A DNA stretch of 64,000 nt, from contig CBDBCL010000008.1 of the NCBI GenBank assembly GCA_965202755.1, positions 30,702-94,701 on the forward strand. Reading direction: 5' to 3'. Both the position numbers and the translations under genes were made by a program. How positions within the stretch are numbered: position 1 is the first letter of the stretch; every line of letters begins with the position of its first letter. This DNA comes from Rhodospirillales bacterium. GTDB lineage: Bacteria; Pseudomonadota; Alphaproteobacteria; Kiloniellales; JACOMY01. The notes below the pieces were generated by a model that was given only the letters and a program-made list of their open reading frames with translations, was not told where the DNA came from and did no database searches. Of the stretch, positions 19,539-28,855 are shown piece after piece.

Positions 19539-19844
19539 TTGCTGCGCACCCTCTTGTTCTGGCTTGGTCTGGTCGTGCTCGCAGCCGGTGTCGGCACAGT
19601 CTTGTGGGATGCTACGCGCTGGGCCGGCGAGAGTGCCTTTCAGATCAGCTCCCTTGGCGACATCTGGGCACTCCTGCACCGCGATAGCCTGCTGCTGCTG
19701 GAGCCGGGCCTGGTCCGCCATGTTGCGCCCTGGACCTGGGAGGATGTTGCCTTCCCACTGCTGCAGCAGCCGGCGATCCTGGTGTTGGGAGTTCTGGGCC
19801 TGCTGCTGATGCTGCTGTCGCGTCTCTTCCGGCAGCGGATCTAG
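19539..19844 (+). CDS. small membrane protein, two predicted TM helices (hypothetical)
   Basis: TTG start with AGGGAG 8 nt upstream. Hydrophobic N- and C-terminal segments (LLFWLGLVVLAAGVGTVLW; AILVLGVLGLLLMLL). Its stop overlaps the pyrF stop (CTAG). Confidence 0.45.
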   Translation: MLRTLLFWLGLVVLAAGVGTVLWDATRWAGESAFQISSLGDIWALLHRDSLLLLEPGLVRHVAPWTWEDVAFPLLQQPAILVLGVLGLLLMLLSRLFRQRI

Positions 19845-20548
19845 CTCCCCAATTCCTCGACGATGCGTCCGGGCTGCCGCCGCCGGGTCCTCGGCGGCCG
19901 TGATCGGGCGGCCAATGACCAGGTGGTCGGCACCCGAGCCGCAGAGTGTCGGCAGGCGTCATGATGCGCTTCTGGTCGCCGCTGGCGGCCCAGACAGGCC
20001 GCACTCCCGGCACCATCAGGGTGAAGCTCTGCGACAGTAGACCTCTTAGACTTGCAACCTCCAGTGGGCTGCAGACGGCGCCGTCCAGGCCGCAGGCGGT
20101 GGCCAGCTTGGCTAGACGGGCAACCTGGGCCTCGACCGGCGGCTGCTGGCCGACGGCGCTGAGGTCGGCATCGTCCAGGCAGGTCATGACGGTCACGGCC
20201 AGGATACGGGGGCGCTCGCTGCCGGCCCTAGAGCCGGCAGCGGCAGCGGCGGCAGCCTCCAGCATTGCCGGCCCGCCAGCCGCATGCACCGTCAGAAAAC
20301 GCGGCCTAAGCCCGCTGGCCGCGCGGATGGCGCCGGCCACGGTGTTGGGTATATCGTGGAACTTGAGATCCAGAAAAGAGCGGGGCGGTGCCGACGACTT
20401 GGCGCATCCCTTGGGGGCCGTGCGCGGTGAAGAACTCCTTGCCGACCTTGTAGCCGCCGACCAGATCTCGGGTCGCGGCAACCAAGCGGGCGGCGCGCCC
20501 GAGATCGACGGTGTCGAGCGCGACGAAGATGCGTTTGTAGGGATGCAT
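19841..20548 (-). pseudogene. pyrF: orotidine-5'-phosphate decarboxylase with 3 frameshifts
   Basis: MHPYKRIFVALDTVDLGRAARLVAATRDLVGGYKVGKEFFTAHGPQGMRQVVG | FLDLKFHDIPNTVAGAIRAASGL...GDQKRIMTPADTL | GADHLVIGRPITAAEDPAAAAR | IVEELGS*. The span is 3n+3 nt. Extra bases are in AAAA 20374-77, CC 19939-40, and near 19865-19872. Confidence 0.85.
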
Positions 20549-20777
20549 GGGGCCTCCTTGGGCGCATAAGGGAACGGGAACATCTCCTCTCGACCCCTTC
20601 CGGCAGCCCAGACGGAAACCTTGCGCCCCGCTTTTGCGGCGGCGCTGACTCTAGCGGGAGTCTCCTCCCTTAAGTCCGACTGAGGGCCAATTTGGCTGCG
20701 AGACCACTCCCTAACGCAGGGTCGGCGGATTTGGATAGGGTGATTGCCGCCGCACCGCGCGGATTGGGCGTTCGCTC

Positions 20778-21179
20778 CTACGTCCACGGCTGGCTCGAGA
20801 GTTCGAACGTTAGCGACTGGGGCCCGCTCAGCTGCGTGGCTGCGGCGTTTTCGTGCATCGCCGGCGGCAGCGCGGCCGGGACGCTCGGCGGCGTGCTGGG
20901 CTCGCTGCGCTGTGCGGCCGCCAACTGGCGCTTCAGCTGGTCGGAGCGGCGGCGCTCTTCGCGGGCACGGCGGCGGACTGTGCTGCCGCTGCTCATGCCG
21001 ACCAGCAGTCCGATCACGGCGCCGAAGATCAGCGGCGCCAGGCCGACGGCCCAGAGCGGCACGTCGAAGGTTTGCATCGGCGGCCAGATGTTGAGCCCTA
21101 CGGTCTGCGTGTTCACCACCGTCATGATGACGATCACGACGACGAAGACGATCATGCAAATGAAGCCAATGAGAGCCAC
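20778..21179 (-). CDS. LapA-family (DUF1049) inner-membrane protein
   Basis: Two N-terminal TM helices, then a basic coiled region (RRRAREERRRSDQLKRQLAAAQ). The position immediately downstream of ihfB is the arrangement I recall as usual in Alphaproteobacteria. Confidence 0.7.
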   Translation of the reverse strand: MALIGFICMIVFVVVIVIMTVVNTQTVGLNIWPPMQTFDVPLWAVGLAPLIFGAVIGLLVGMSSGSTVRRRAREERRRSDQLKRQLAAAQRSEPSTPPSVPAALPPAMHENAAATQLSGPQSLTFELSSQPWT

Positions 21180-21253
21180 GGCTGCTCCTTCCGCGCTGGG
21201 GTGACCTAATCTTGCTGGCGGAGAGTTTAACCGCCTTGTCTCGATCGCGAAAG

Positions 21254-21535
21254 CTACTCGGCGTTCAGCCGTTCACGCAGCAGCTTTCCTGACTTGAAAA
21301 AGGGTATGACCTTCTCGGCAACCGCGACGGTATCGCCGGTTCTGGGGTTGCGTCCGGTCCGCGCATTGCGATGGCGAACGGAAAAGGCGCCGAAGCCGCG
21401 CAGCTCTACCCGGTTTCCTGCGACCAAGGCCGCGGTGATTTCGTCGAAGATCGTCGACACGATTCGTTCCACGTCGCGTTGGTAGAGCTGCGGATAGCGT
21501 TGCGCGATGCGCTGTATAAGCTCTGACTTGGTCAT
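21254..21535 (-). CDS. ihfB: integration host factor subunit beta
   Basis: [91 protein letters not shown], a canonical HU/IHF fold. Start trimmed to the ATG at 21535. Confidence 0.9.
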   Translation of the reverse strand: MTKSELIQRIAQRYPQLYQRDVERIVSTIFDEITAALVAGNRVELRGFGAFSVRHRNARTGRNPRTGDTVAVAEKVIPFFKSGKLLRERLNAE

Positions 21536-21764
21536 GATTTCGCTTTGCCTCCCCTGCGCGTTCCAGCTGCCTTGCCGAGGCTCGCCGTTCAAAGCGGCTT
21601 GCTGTTCCCCGACGGAGCCCGCCTCCTCCCCAAGCGGTCCCACATACGCAGGGCTGGCAGCGTGCCAGAGGCCCGACCCGACGGTCAAGCGCGCTGACGC
21701 CGCTAAGCCCTTTTGATGAAAGCGCTTTCTCAGCCTCTATCAAGGCCGCGTGATTAAATCTGCT

Positions 21765-22068
21765 CTAGATCAGAGCATGGACGATCACGACCGAAAGCAT
21801 AGAGCTTGCGATTGTGGCCACTGCATTGCGAGTGGTCAGCATGGTGACGGTCGCCACCGCCAGGGCCAGTTTGGTTGCCAAGTCGCCGGCCAGTGCCAAC
21901 GGCACGACCAGGGCCACCAGGACGGATCCGGATAGGGCTTCCAGAAAGCGTTCCACCCGCGGCGAGAGCGGAATCCAGATCACGATCAAGAAGCCACCCA
22001 GGCGCGTACCATTAGGTGGCCAAGGCCATGATCGCCAAGGCGGTTGGGACGTCGACACCAATCTCCAC
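21765..22068 (-). pseudogene. azlD: AzlD-like branched-chain amino-acid transport protein, 1 frameshift
   Basis: GTG 22068: VEIGVDVPTALAIMALAT|Y GTRLGGFLIVIWIPLSPRVERFLEALSGSVLVALVVPLALAGD... The extra base is in the TT at 22012-13 (AA on the coding strand). The span is 3n+1 nt. Confidence 0.6.
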
Positions 22069-22297
22069 GGCCGAAGGCTCCGACCAGGCCGCCGGCGAGC
22101 GCGCCGAGGATGATGTGCCAGTGACCGGGCAGCAGCTGGGAGACCAGCAACGCGACCGGCCGGTCGTCAGCCAAGGCGCAAGGCTCTGGCGTCCCCGCCA
22201 CATGCCTATCAAGAGGGCTGTGAAGAAGCTGGGCAACAGCACGTCGATGCCGGTGGCGCTGGGATCACCGATGGCTCTTGCCAAGACCGACACCTAG
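22069..22297 (-). pseudogene. azlC: AzlC C-terminal fragment (5' two-thirds missing, frameshifted)
   Basis: ...GDPSATGIDVLLPSFFTALLIGMWRGRQSLAPW | ...ALLVSQLLPGHWHIILGALAGGLVGAF. Only about 75-95 residues of an about 230-aa protein remain. It abuts the dctP fragment at about 22297-22300. Confidence 0.5.
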
Positions 22298-22299
22298 CA

Positions 22300-23200
22300 G
22301 GGTGCAGGAGGCCATGGACAAGGCTTTCGTCTCGGCCCTCGAGGAGAAGAGCGGCGGCAAGCATGTTCTTGAACGGCCAGCTGGGATCCGAACAGGACAC
22401 GGTGAACGAGGCGGCCATCGGCACCCTCGACATGTTGCTGCTGGCGATTGACAACATTACGCCCTTCTCGCCGACTGTCGGTGTCTTCACCCTGCCCTAC
22501 GTCATCCTGAGCCTGGAAGACGCCGAACAGTTGAACAAGGCCCGATCGGTCAGGAACTGACTGAGAACACCATCCGCGACGCCGGTGTGCGCATTCTGGG
22601 CTGGACCTACACCGGCTTCCGCGTGCTGACCAACTCCTCCAAGCCGGTGCATTCGGTCGACGATCTCCAAGGCCTGGTGATCCGCGTGCCGAAGAACGAG
22701 ATCATGATCGAGACCTACAAGTCTTGGGGCATGGACCCGACCCCGATGGCTTGGTCTGAGACCTTCGCCAGCCTGCAGCAGAAGGTCGTCTATAGACAAG
22801 ATAATTACTACCTAAACATGTATTCGATGAATTTCTACGAAGTGCAGGATCACATCGCCAACATTCGCTACAGCTTCCCTATAAAGCCGCTGATCATCTC
22901 GGAAGCAGTGTTCCAGGATCTCTCAGAAGAAGAGCAGCAGGTGTTCCTCGAGGCCGGCAAGGAGGCCACCCTGGCCAGTGCCGCGTTCCTGTGCGAGTCC
23001 GAGGCTGCGATCAAGGAAGATCTGGTCGCCAAGAGCATGGAGATCGTCGATCCGGAAAACAATGAGGAAGAGTTCATTTCTCTGGCGACGGCGGCTGTCT
23101 GGCCGATGTTCTACGAGGGCATTGACGGTAAGGATAAGTTGAATGCCCGTTCTGACCTCGCTGGGTCCCTGATGTGTTGTTCCGCGACCCGGTCGAGTAA
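22300..23200 (+). pseudogene. dctP: TRAP transporter DctP-type solute-binding protein, 5'-truncated with several frameshifts
   Basis: ...FVSALEEKSGGK | FLNGQLGSEQDTVNEAAIGTLDMLLLAIDNITPFSPTVGVFTLPYVILSLEDAEQL | ...IRDAGVRILGWTYTGFRVLTNSSKPVHSVDDLQGLVIRVPKNEIMIETYKSWGMDPTPMAW...EVQDHIANIRYSF...FISLATAAVWPMFYEGIDGKDKLNA. There is no signal peptide or start. G+C is visibly lower. Confidence 0.75.
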
Positions 23201-23433
23201 GACGGAAACGTCCGAACCTTCGGTTTCGAGGCCGAGAAGGAGCCAACATCCTTCCAGCCTCGAGGCTGAAAAATAAAAGAGAACATCCTCTGGGGAGGTA
23301 GCGCAATGGCGAATTTTGGGTTATTATCAACAACATCGAGCGTTATCTCTGTCGAGCGTTGTTGACGACCTTCGTCTGTTTGCGTGCCAGCCGTTTTACG
23401 CAGATCGTCGCGCGTGAAATCTTTTGGCACTTC
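23072..23433 (+). repeat. segmental duplication copy 1 (dctP 3' end + dctQ 5' end)
   Basis: Aligns base by base with 23589-23924. Relative to copy 2 it carries +1 C, a 15-nt insertion (ctgatgtgttgttcc), one substitution, a 10-for-1 replacement and +1 T. Confidence 0.9.
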
Positions 23434-23588
23434 ACGCGGCGGTCGAAATCCACGCGAAGCAGCCCGTTCTTGGATTCACCCATCGGATGCACCATGAAAA
23501 CCTCGCTTCAATCGACACAACACCATGATATGTAACCATGAATCAGCACCGTGGATGGCGAAACCTCAATCCCACCTGGGCAATGCGG

Positions 23589-23924
23589 GTTCATTTCTCT
23601 GGCGACGGCGGCTGTCTGGCCGATGTTCTACGAGGGCATTGACGGTAAGGATAAGTTGAATGCCGTTCTGACCTCGCTGGGTCCGCGACCCGGTCGAGTA
23701 AGACGGAAACGTCCGAACCTTCGGTTTCGAGGCCGAGAAGGAGCCAACATCCTTCCAGCCTCGAGGCTGAAAAATAAAAGAGAACATCCTCTGGGGAGGT
23801 AGCGCAATGGCGAATTTTGGGTCATTATCAACAACATCGAGCGTTATCTCTGTCGAGCGTTGTTGACGACCTTCGTCTGTTTGCTTTTTACGCAGATCGT
23901 CGCGCGTGAAATCTTTGGCACTTC
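23589..23924 (+). repeat. segmental duplication copy 2
   Basis: The same sequence as 23072-23433. This copy continues into the rest of dctQ. The 155 bp between the copies (23434-23588) matches nothing else in the window. Confidence 0.9.
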
Positions 23925-24097
23925 GATTTCCTGGATCAAAGAGATCTCGGTCTACATGTTTGTCTGGTTCGTGTTTTTTTGGGGCCAGCTATGCCGCAAA
24001 GATGGCAACCCACAACCGTGTGACCTTCCAGTTCAAATTTCTGCCCCATAGCTGGATTAAATACATCGAAGGCTTTGCCGATCACTTTTATTTTTGA
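23807..24097 (+). pseudogene. dctQ: TRAP DctQ-type small permease, frameshifted and truncated
   Basis: ATG 23807 after GGGGAGG. Reading across frames: MAN|FWVIINNIERYLCRALLTTFVCLLFTQIVAREIFGTSISWIKEISVYMFVWFVFF|GASYAAKMATHNRVTFQFKFLPHSWIKYIEGFADHFYF*. Only about 90 of the expected roughly 160-180 residues remain. Confidence 0.6.
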
Positions 24098-24250
24098 TGA
24101 CCATCCGAATCTTGCAAGTTAACTATATCAAGCTGGTGAAAGGCGTCGATCTCAAATATCAAGATGAGATAAATGTTAAAGAAATGAAGAAAGAAACTGG
24201 TATTGCTGATAAAACTGAAAACAAACAAGTTTGATGAGAGTCAATTAGAC

Positions 24251-25584
24251 ATGAAAAACAAGACCGTCTTAATTATTTTTGGAAGCTTCTTGGTGCTTTT
24301 GTTTCTGGGTGCGCCGATCACGTTGTCCCTTGGGGTGGCTTCGCTGCTGTCCTTCCTCTACCTGGGTGAAAACCCCATCAAATTCGTACAGATCGCCTTC
24401 ACCTCGATCGGCTCCTTTCCTCTTGATGACACTGCCGGCTTTCATCCTGGCCGGCGCCTTGATGGAGGCCGCAGGGATTTCCAAACGTCTGATTCATGTG
24501 GCGGAAAGTTTAGCCCGGGCCCTTTACCGGCGGCCTCTCGGCCGCGGCCGTGATGGCCTGTCTCTTTTCGGTGCGATTTCGGGGATCCGGGCCGGCGACC
24601 ACCACGGCGGTCAGCATGCTAATGATCCCGGCGATGATCGACCGCGGCTACAATCGCGGCTACGTCTCGGCCATTACCGCCTCCTCGGGCGGTCTGGGCA
24701 TCGTCATCCCGTCCTCGATCCCGATGGTCATCTTCGGCATCGCCGCACTTGGCATGCTGCCCTCGCCGGAAGCGGTGGAGAAGTTCGGAGAGTTCCAGTC
24801 GGTTTTGATCTCCAAGCTCTTCATCGATGGCTTCATTCCGGCCTTCGTGATCGCCGTCAACCTCTTGGTCATGAACTACATCATGTGCCACCGGCACGGC
24901 TATTGCGGCGCCGGTGAGGGCTGGCCCACCCGCAACATCTTCTGCCAACTCTATCGCGGTTTCTGGTCGCTGATAGCGCCGGTGGTGATCTTAGGCGGCA
25001 TCTATTCCGGCTTCTTTGCCCCAACCGAAGCCGCCATCGTCGCCATCTTCTACACCCTCTTCGTCGGCGCCTTCATCTATCGGGACCTGGACTGGAAGGC
25101 GGTCAATCGTTCGCTGGAGACCACCTCCTGGCTCACCGGACGCGTGCTCTTGATCCTCTTCACCACCACGGTTTTCGGACGCTTGCTGGTGGAGAACCAG
25201 ATTCCGGCGGTGATCGCCGACAGCATACTGTCCTTGACCGACAATATCTACATCATCTGGGCGCTGATCATCTTCTTCCTGCTCTTCGTCGGCATGTTCA
25301 TGGAGACCCTGGCGACAATCCTGATCCTGGTGCTGGCGATGCTTGCCGGTGGCCTACAACGCCGGCATCGATCCGATTCATTTCGGCGTGGTGATGTGGC
25401 CATCGGCTTCCAGACCCCGCCTTTGGGTGAGAGCCTCTTCATAGCCTCGGATATCTCCAACATCTCGATCGAGGAGATATCCATTCGGGCGCTACCCTTT
25501 GCTCTGGTTAACACAATCGCGATCTTCGTGATCGCCTTCTTCCCCGAACTCTCGCTCTGGCTGCCGCGTGTGTTTGGCTATTAG
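24251..25584 (+). pseudogene. dctM: TRAP DctM-type large permease, at least 5 frameshifts
   Basis: MKNKTVLIIFGSFLVLLFLGAPITLSLGVASLL...SIGSFPL|MTLPAFILAGALMEAAGISKRLIHVAESLA|GPFTGGLSAAAVMACLF..GSGPATTTAVSMLMIPAMIDRGY...; later garbled at ...LVLAMLAGGLQRRHRSDSFRRGDVAIGFQTPPLGESLF. The span is 3n+2 nt. Confidence 0.8.
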
Positions 25585-25663
25585 CGCGATGTTCGTTCAA
25601 GCTGAGACGGCGCCGGTCGGCGCCGTCTGCTCAAACAATGGCCTAGCGCAGGACTCGATAGAC

Positions 25664-26101
25664 ATGGAAGACAAAGTCTCCTGATCTCGCCCGTATCACG
25701 CATTCTCCTCGCCACCGACCTGTCGCAAAACTCCGCTTGCGCGATCAGCCAAGCCATAGGACTGGCGAAGGTCAGTCAGGCAGAGGTCCAAATCCTGCAT
25801 GTGGTGGAATCCCTCTCCGACGATGCCAAGCTGACCCTCATGATGTTCGTGCAGGACAAGAAGCAAAGGGTTCAGCCCTTGCGCAACCGGGTGCAGGCCG
25901 CCCGTGATCGTCTGCAGCAGCGCCAAGAAGCCTTCTGGTTGCAGATCCCTGAAGCCGATCGCGGCCTGCGCAGCCTGACCGCACCCTGCGAGATGATCGA
26001 AGGTTTTGCTGCGGAGGCGATTTTGAGCGAGGCCGAAAAGCGCAAGTGGGACCTGATCGTATTGGGTGCGCACGGGCACGGCATGAGCCAAACCTTCTTA
26101 G
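25664..26101 (+). pseudogene. universal stress protein, 5' part (interrupted by IS; N-terminus also out of frame)
   Basis: ...RILLATDLSQNSACAISQAIGLAKVSQAEVQILHVVES...EMIEGFAAEAILSEAEKRKWDLIVLGAHGHGMSQTFL, then the IS. The ATG at 25664 (MEDKVS*) is in a different frame from the body. Confidence 0.7.
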
Positions 26102-26222
26102 CCGGGATTATTCACCGAGCACGCGTTTGGAGGCTGGCGTCGATTGCATAAGCCCCTGATCCATGGTAGGGAATTGGGTGTCGAAGCCACTCCCTCCGTT
26201 GGACAGAAACCGCCCCGCCACC

Positions 26223-27590
26223 ATGACCGATCCTGCTCCGCTTTTCCCCTCACTTCAAGCGCTTTCCGGAAAGAAGGTCACTGCCGCTTTCGATGGCGGA
26301 CGGATCACGTCGGATGGCGGTGTAGTGCTGCTGGCGGAGGCGGAACGCAAGCTCGCCATCGCCGACAGATTGGCCGCACCGATGCCTGACCTGCGTGATC
26401 CGACGCGGGTTCGCCAGCTGTTGGGGGATATCCTGCGGGCAGGCATTCTGGCGATTGGCACAGGGTATGAAGACGCCGACGATCCGGATGCGCTGCGCCA
26501 TGACCCGGCATTCAGGATGGCGTTGCGCAAGACGCCGGAAGCGGGGGGAAGCGGGGCTCGGTCTGGCCAGTCAGCCAACCCTGTCGGGCTGGGAGACTGC
26601 TCCGGACCTGCGCAGCGTGATCGCGATGGCATAGGCGACGATCGCTCTCTACTGCGACAGCCATGCCGCGCCGCCCGAGACAATCACGCTGGACATCGAT
26701 GACACCTTTGATGCCGCACACGGCGACCGGCAACCGGCGTTCTGGAACGGGTTCCACGGCGCGCGGGGTTTCGCGCCGATCCCTGTCCATGAAGCCGAGA
26801 GCGCGCGTCCCCTCGCCGTCGTGCTCCGCCCTGCCAGGACACCCTCGGGCGTCGAGACCCGCGCCCCTGTCCACCGTCTGATCCGGCGCATCCGTCGCCA
26901 CTGGCCCGAGACACGCATCCTGCTGCGCGGTGACGGCCACTATGCCCGGCTCGCATTGATGGCATGATGCGAGGACAACGGCGTCGATTTCCTGTTTGGC
27001 CTGCCGATCAATGCCGCGGCGAGCGGCGCGACCCGCTGCTCGCCGCGGCAACGGACGCCTGCGCGCTGTGCCGGGCCGAGAAGAACCTGCCCCTGCACCG
27101 GACCCATGGCGAGACGACCCATGCCGCCAAAAGCCGGGGCGGCCTCAAGCGCCGAACCATCGCCCGCATCAACGACCGCATCAACGCCACGACGCTGGCT
27201 ATGGACATCCGTGCCCTCGTCACCTCGCTGACCGGCAGCACCTCCGAACAGCCCTACGAGTTCGACTATTGCGCGCGGGGGCAAGCCCCGAACCTCATCA
27301 AACTCCACAAGACCCAGCTCAAAAGCGACCCCACGTCCTGTCATTCGGCGTCCTGTCATTCGGCACTGGCCAATCAGGTCAGGCTGATCCTGCATACCGC
27401 CGCATACTGCTTGCTCTGCTCCGTACGCCGGGCCATTCCGGAAACACACCCCTTGCGCCAGGCCGAGTGCGCCACCCTACAGCGCCATCTCGTCAAAACA
27501 GCTGCCCGCGTCATCGAGACCGCCACCCGCATCCGCATTGCGTGCGCGGCCGCCTGTCCGGACAAGGCTGCCTTTATCAACCTTCTGTGA
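26223..27590 (+). pseudogene. IS1380-family (DDE) transposase with nonsense codons and frameshifts
   Basis: MTDPAPLFPSLQALSGKKVTAAFDGGRITSDGGVVLLAEAERKL...ETITLDIDDTFDAAHGD...RILLRGDGHYARLALMA*CEDNGVDFLFGLP...LANQVRLILHTAAYCLL...VKTAARVIETATRIRIA. In-frame TAG at 26632-34, and TGA at 26965-67 where the family has Trp. Several frame changes after about 27010. Confidence 0.8.
27334..27363. repeat. perfect 15-bp in-frame tandem duplication inside the transposase
   Basis: CGTCCTGTCATTCGG x2 (27334-27348 equals 27349-27363), giving the duplicated peptide SCHSA-SCHSA. Confidence 0.95.
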
Positions 27591-27783
27591 ACCCTCATGG
27601 GCGCGCCATCTCCAAACCAACAAGCACCCTGACAAACCTTCGCCATAGGCCCAGTCACCCGGAACCGAAATCCGACACACTCTGACGCCCGCGCTCGCAG
27701 GACCGCGCTACCATCAACCTTGTCCGATCACCCAATCAGATGCGACTTCAACGGACACGCCAGCGCGTGATGAATAATCAGGG

Positions 27784-27879
27784 TTAGGCATGGTGGCCAA
27801 GCGGGTGCTGCGTCGGACCGAGATTCCGACCTTGATCGTTCCCTATCGCGCCGAGTTCGCGGTGCCCATGCCGGAGTAG
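27784..27879 (+). pseudogene. universal stress protein, 3' part
   Basis: (L)GMVAKRVLRRTEIPTLIVPYRAEFAVPMPE*, the typical USP C-terminus, in frame with the 5' part once the IS and one TSD copy are removed. Confidence 0.75.
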
Positions 27880-27918
27880 ACGCCGAAACGACGTCGCACC
27901 GACAGGAGTACAAGGAAG

Positions 27919-27957
27919 ATCCCGGGCGAGACCTCCCACTCGCCCGGGATTTTTCTT
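27919..27957 (+). terminator. intrinsic terminator after the USP gene
   Basis: ATCCCGGGCGAG acctccca CTCGCCCGGGAT followed by TTTTTCTT. Confidence 0.75.
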
Positions 27958-27982
27958 GGCAGATCGTCGTTCGTGAAGGTCT

Positions 27983-28855
27983 TCAGCGCAGACGGCGGAT
28001 CAGCGACGAGGTGTCCCAGCGGCCACCGCCCATGCCCTGGACGTCCTTGTAGAACTGGTCGACCAGAGCGGTCGCCGGGAGCGGTGCGCCGATGCGGTTG
28101 GCTTCGGCCATACAGATGCCTAGATCCTTGCGCATCCAATCGACGGCAAAGCCGAACTCGAACTTGTCGTCGACCATGGTGGTGCCGCGATTTTCCATCT
28201 GCCAGGACTGAGCCGCCCCCTTCGAGATCACGTCGAGAACCAGCTTGCTATCGAGGCCGGCCTTCTCTGAGAAGGAGAGGGCTTCAGAGAGGCCTTGCAG
28301 GAGCCCGGCGATGCAGATCTGGTTGACCATCTTGGCAAGCTGCCCAGCGCCGCTGTCGCCGATCAGGGTCACCGCGCGACCGAAGGCATCCATCATCGGC
28401 TTGGCGCGATCGAAGCTTGCCTGCTCGCCGCCGACCATGATGGTCAGCACGCCATTCTCGGCACCGGCCTGTCCGCCCGAGACCGGTGCGTCGAGGAAGT
28501 GAAAGCCGCGCTCGGCGGCGGCTGCGGCCAGCCGACGGGCGATGTCGGCCGACGCCGTGGTGTGGTCGACGAAGCTCGCGCCCTCGCGCATGCCGTGAAA
28601 GGCGCCCTCATCACCCAGGGTCACGCCTTCCAGATCGTTATCGTTGCCGACGCAGCAGAAGACGATGTCGGCTTCGGCGGCGGCTGCCTTGGGTGTATCG
28701 GCCTTGCGGCCGCCGTGCTCTACTACCCAAGCCTCGGCCTTTGCCGAGGTCCGATTGTAGACCGTGACCTCGAAGCCCTTGGCTTGCAGATGGCCGGCCA
28801 TGGGGTAGCCCATGACACCCAGTCCGAGAAAGGCGGCAGTCTTGGCATCGCTCAC
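27983..28855 (-). CDS. NAD(P)-dependent 3-hydroxyisobutyrate / 2-hydroxy-3-oxopropionate dehydrogenase family oxidoreductase
   Basis: AFLGLGVMGYPMAGHL Rossmann start and a 6-PGDH-like C-terminal domain. Start set to the GTG at 28855, preceded by GAAGGAGA. Confidence 0.85.
   Translation of the reverse strand: MSDAKTAAFLGLGVMGYPMAGHLQAKGFEVTVYNRTSAKAEAWVVEHGGRKADTPKAAAAEADIVFCCVGNDNDLEGVTLGDEGAFHGMREGASFVDHTTASADIARRLAAAAAERGFHFLDAPVSGGQAGAENGVLTIMVGGEQASFDRAKPMMDAFGRAVTLIGDSGAGQLAKMVNQICIAGLLQGLSEALSFSEKAGLDSKLVLDVISKGAAQSWQMENRGTTMVDDKFEFGFAVDWMRKDLGICMAEANRIGAPLPATALVDQFYKDVQGMGGGRWDTSSLIRRLR

Larger units (their letters stand above)
26102..27783 (+). mobile_element. IS1380-family insertion sequence (1682 bp), degenerate
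   Basis: Terminal inverted repeats CCGGGATTATTCACC (left) versus CCCTGATTATTCATC (right, reverse complement), 12/15 identical. 4-bp target duplication TTAG at 26098-26101 and 27784-27787. Removing 26102-27787 rejoins the USP frame: ...MSQTFL-GMVAKRVLRRTEIPTLIVP... Confidence 0.8.

Noticed and set aside
19645-21159. 504-aa minus-strand ORF spanning pyrF and lapA.
   Set aside because: It is a composite. Only its middle third reads as PyrF (FLDLKFHDIPNT...). The rest is out-of-frame sequence over the pyrF ends and the lapA gene, which has its own convincing frame (20778-21179).
22300-27880. The low-G+C TRAP/USP/IS interval as a prophage, integrative element or defence island.
   Set aside because: There is no integrase, phage structural, restriction, toxin-antitoxin or nuclease/helicase genes, and no tRNA or att-like flanks. 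The contents are ordinary transporter and stress genes in a decayed state plus one dead IS.
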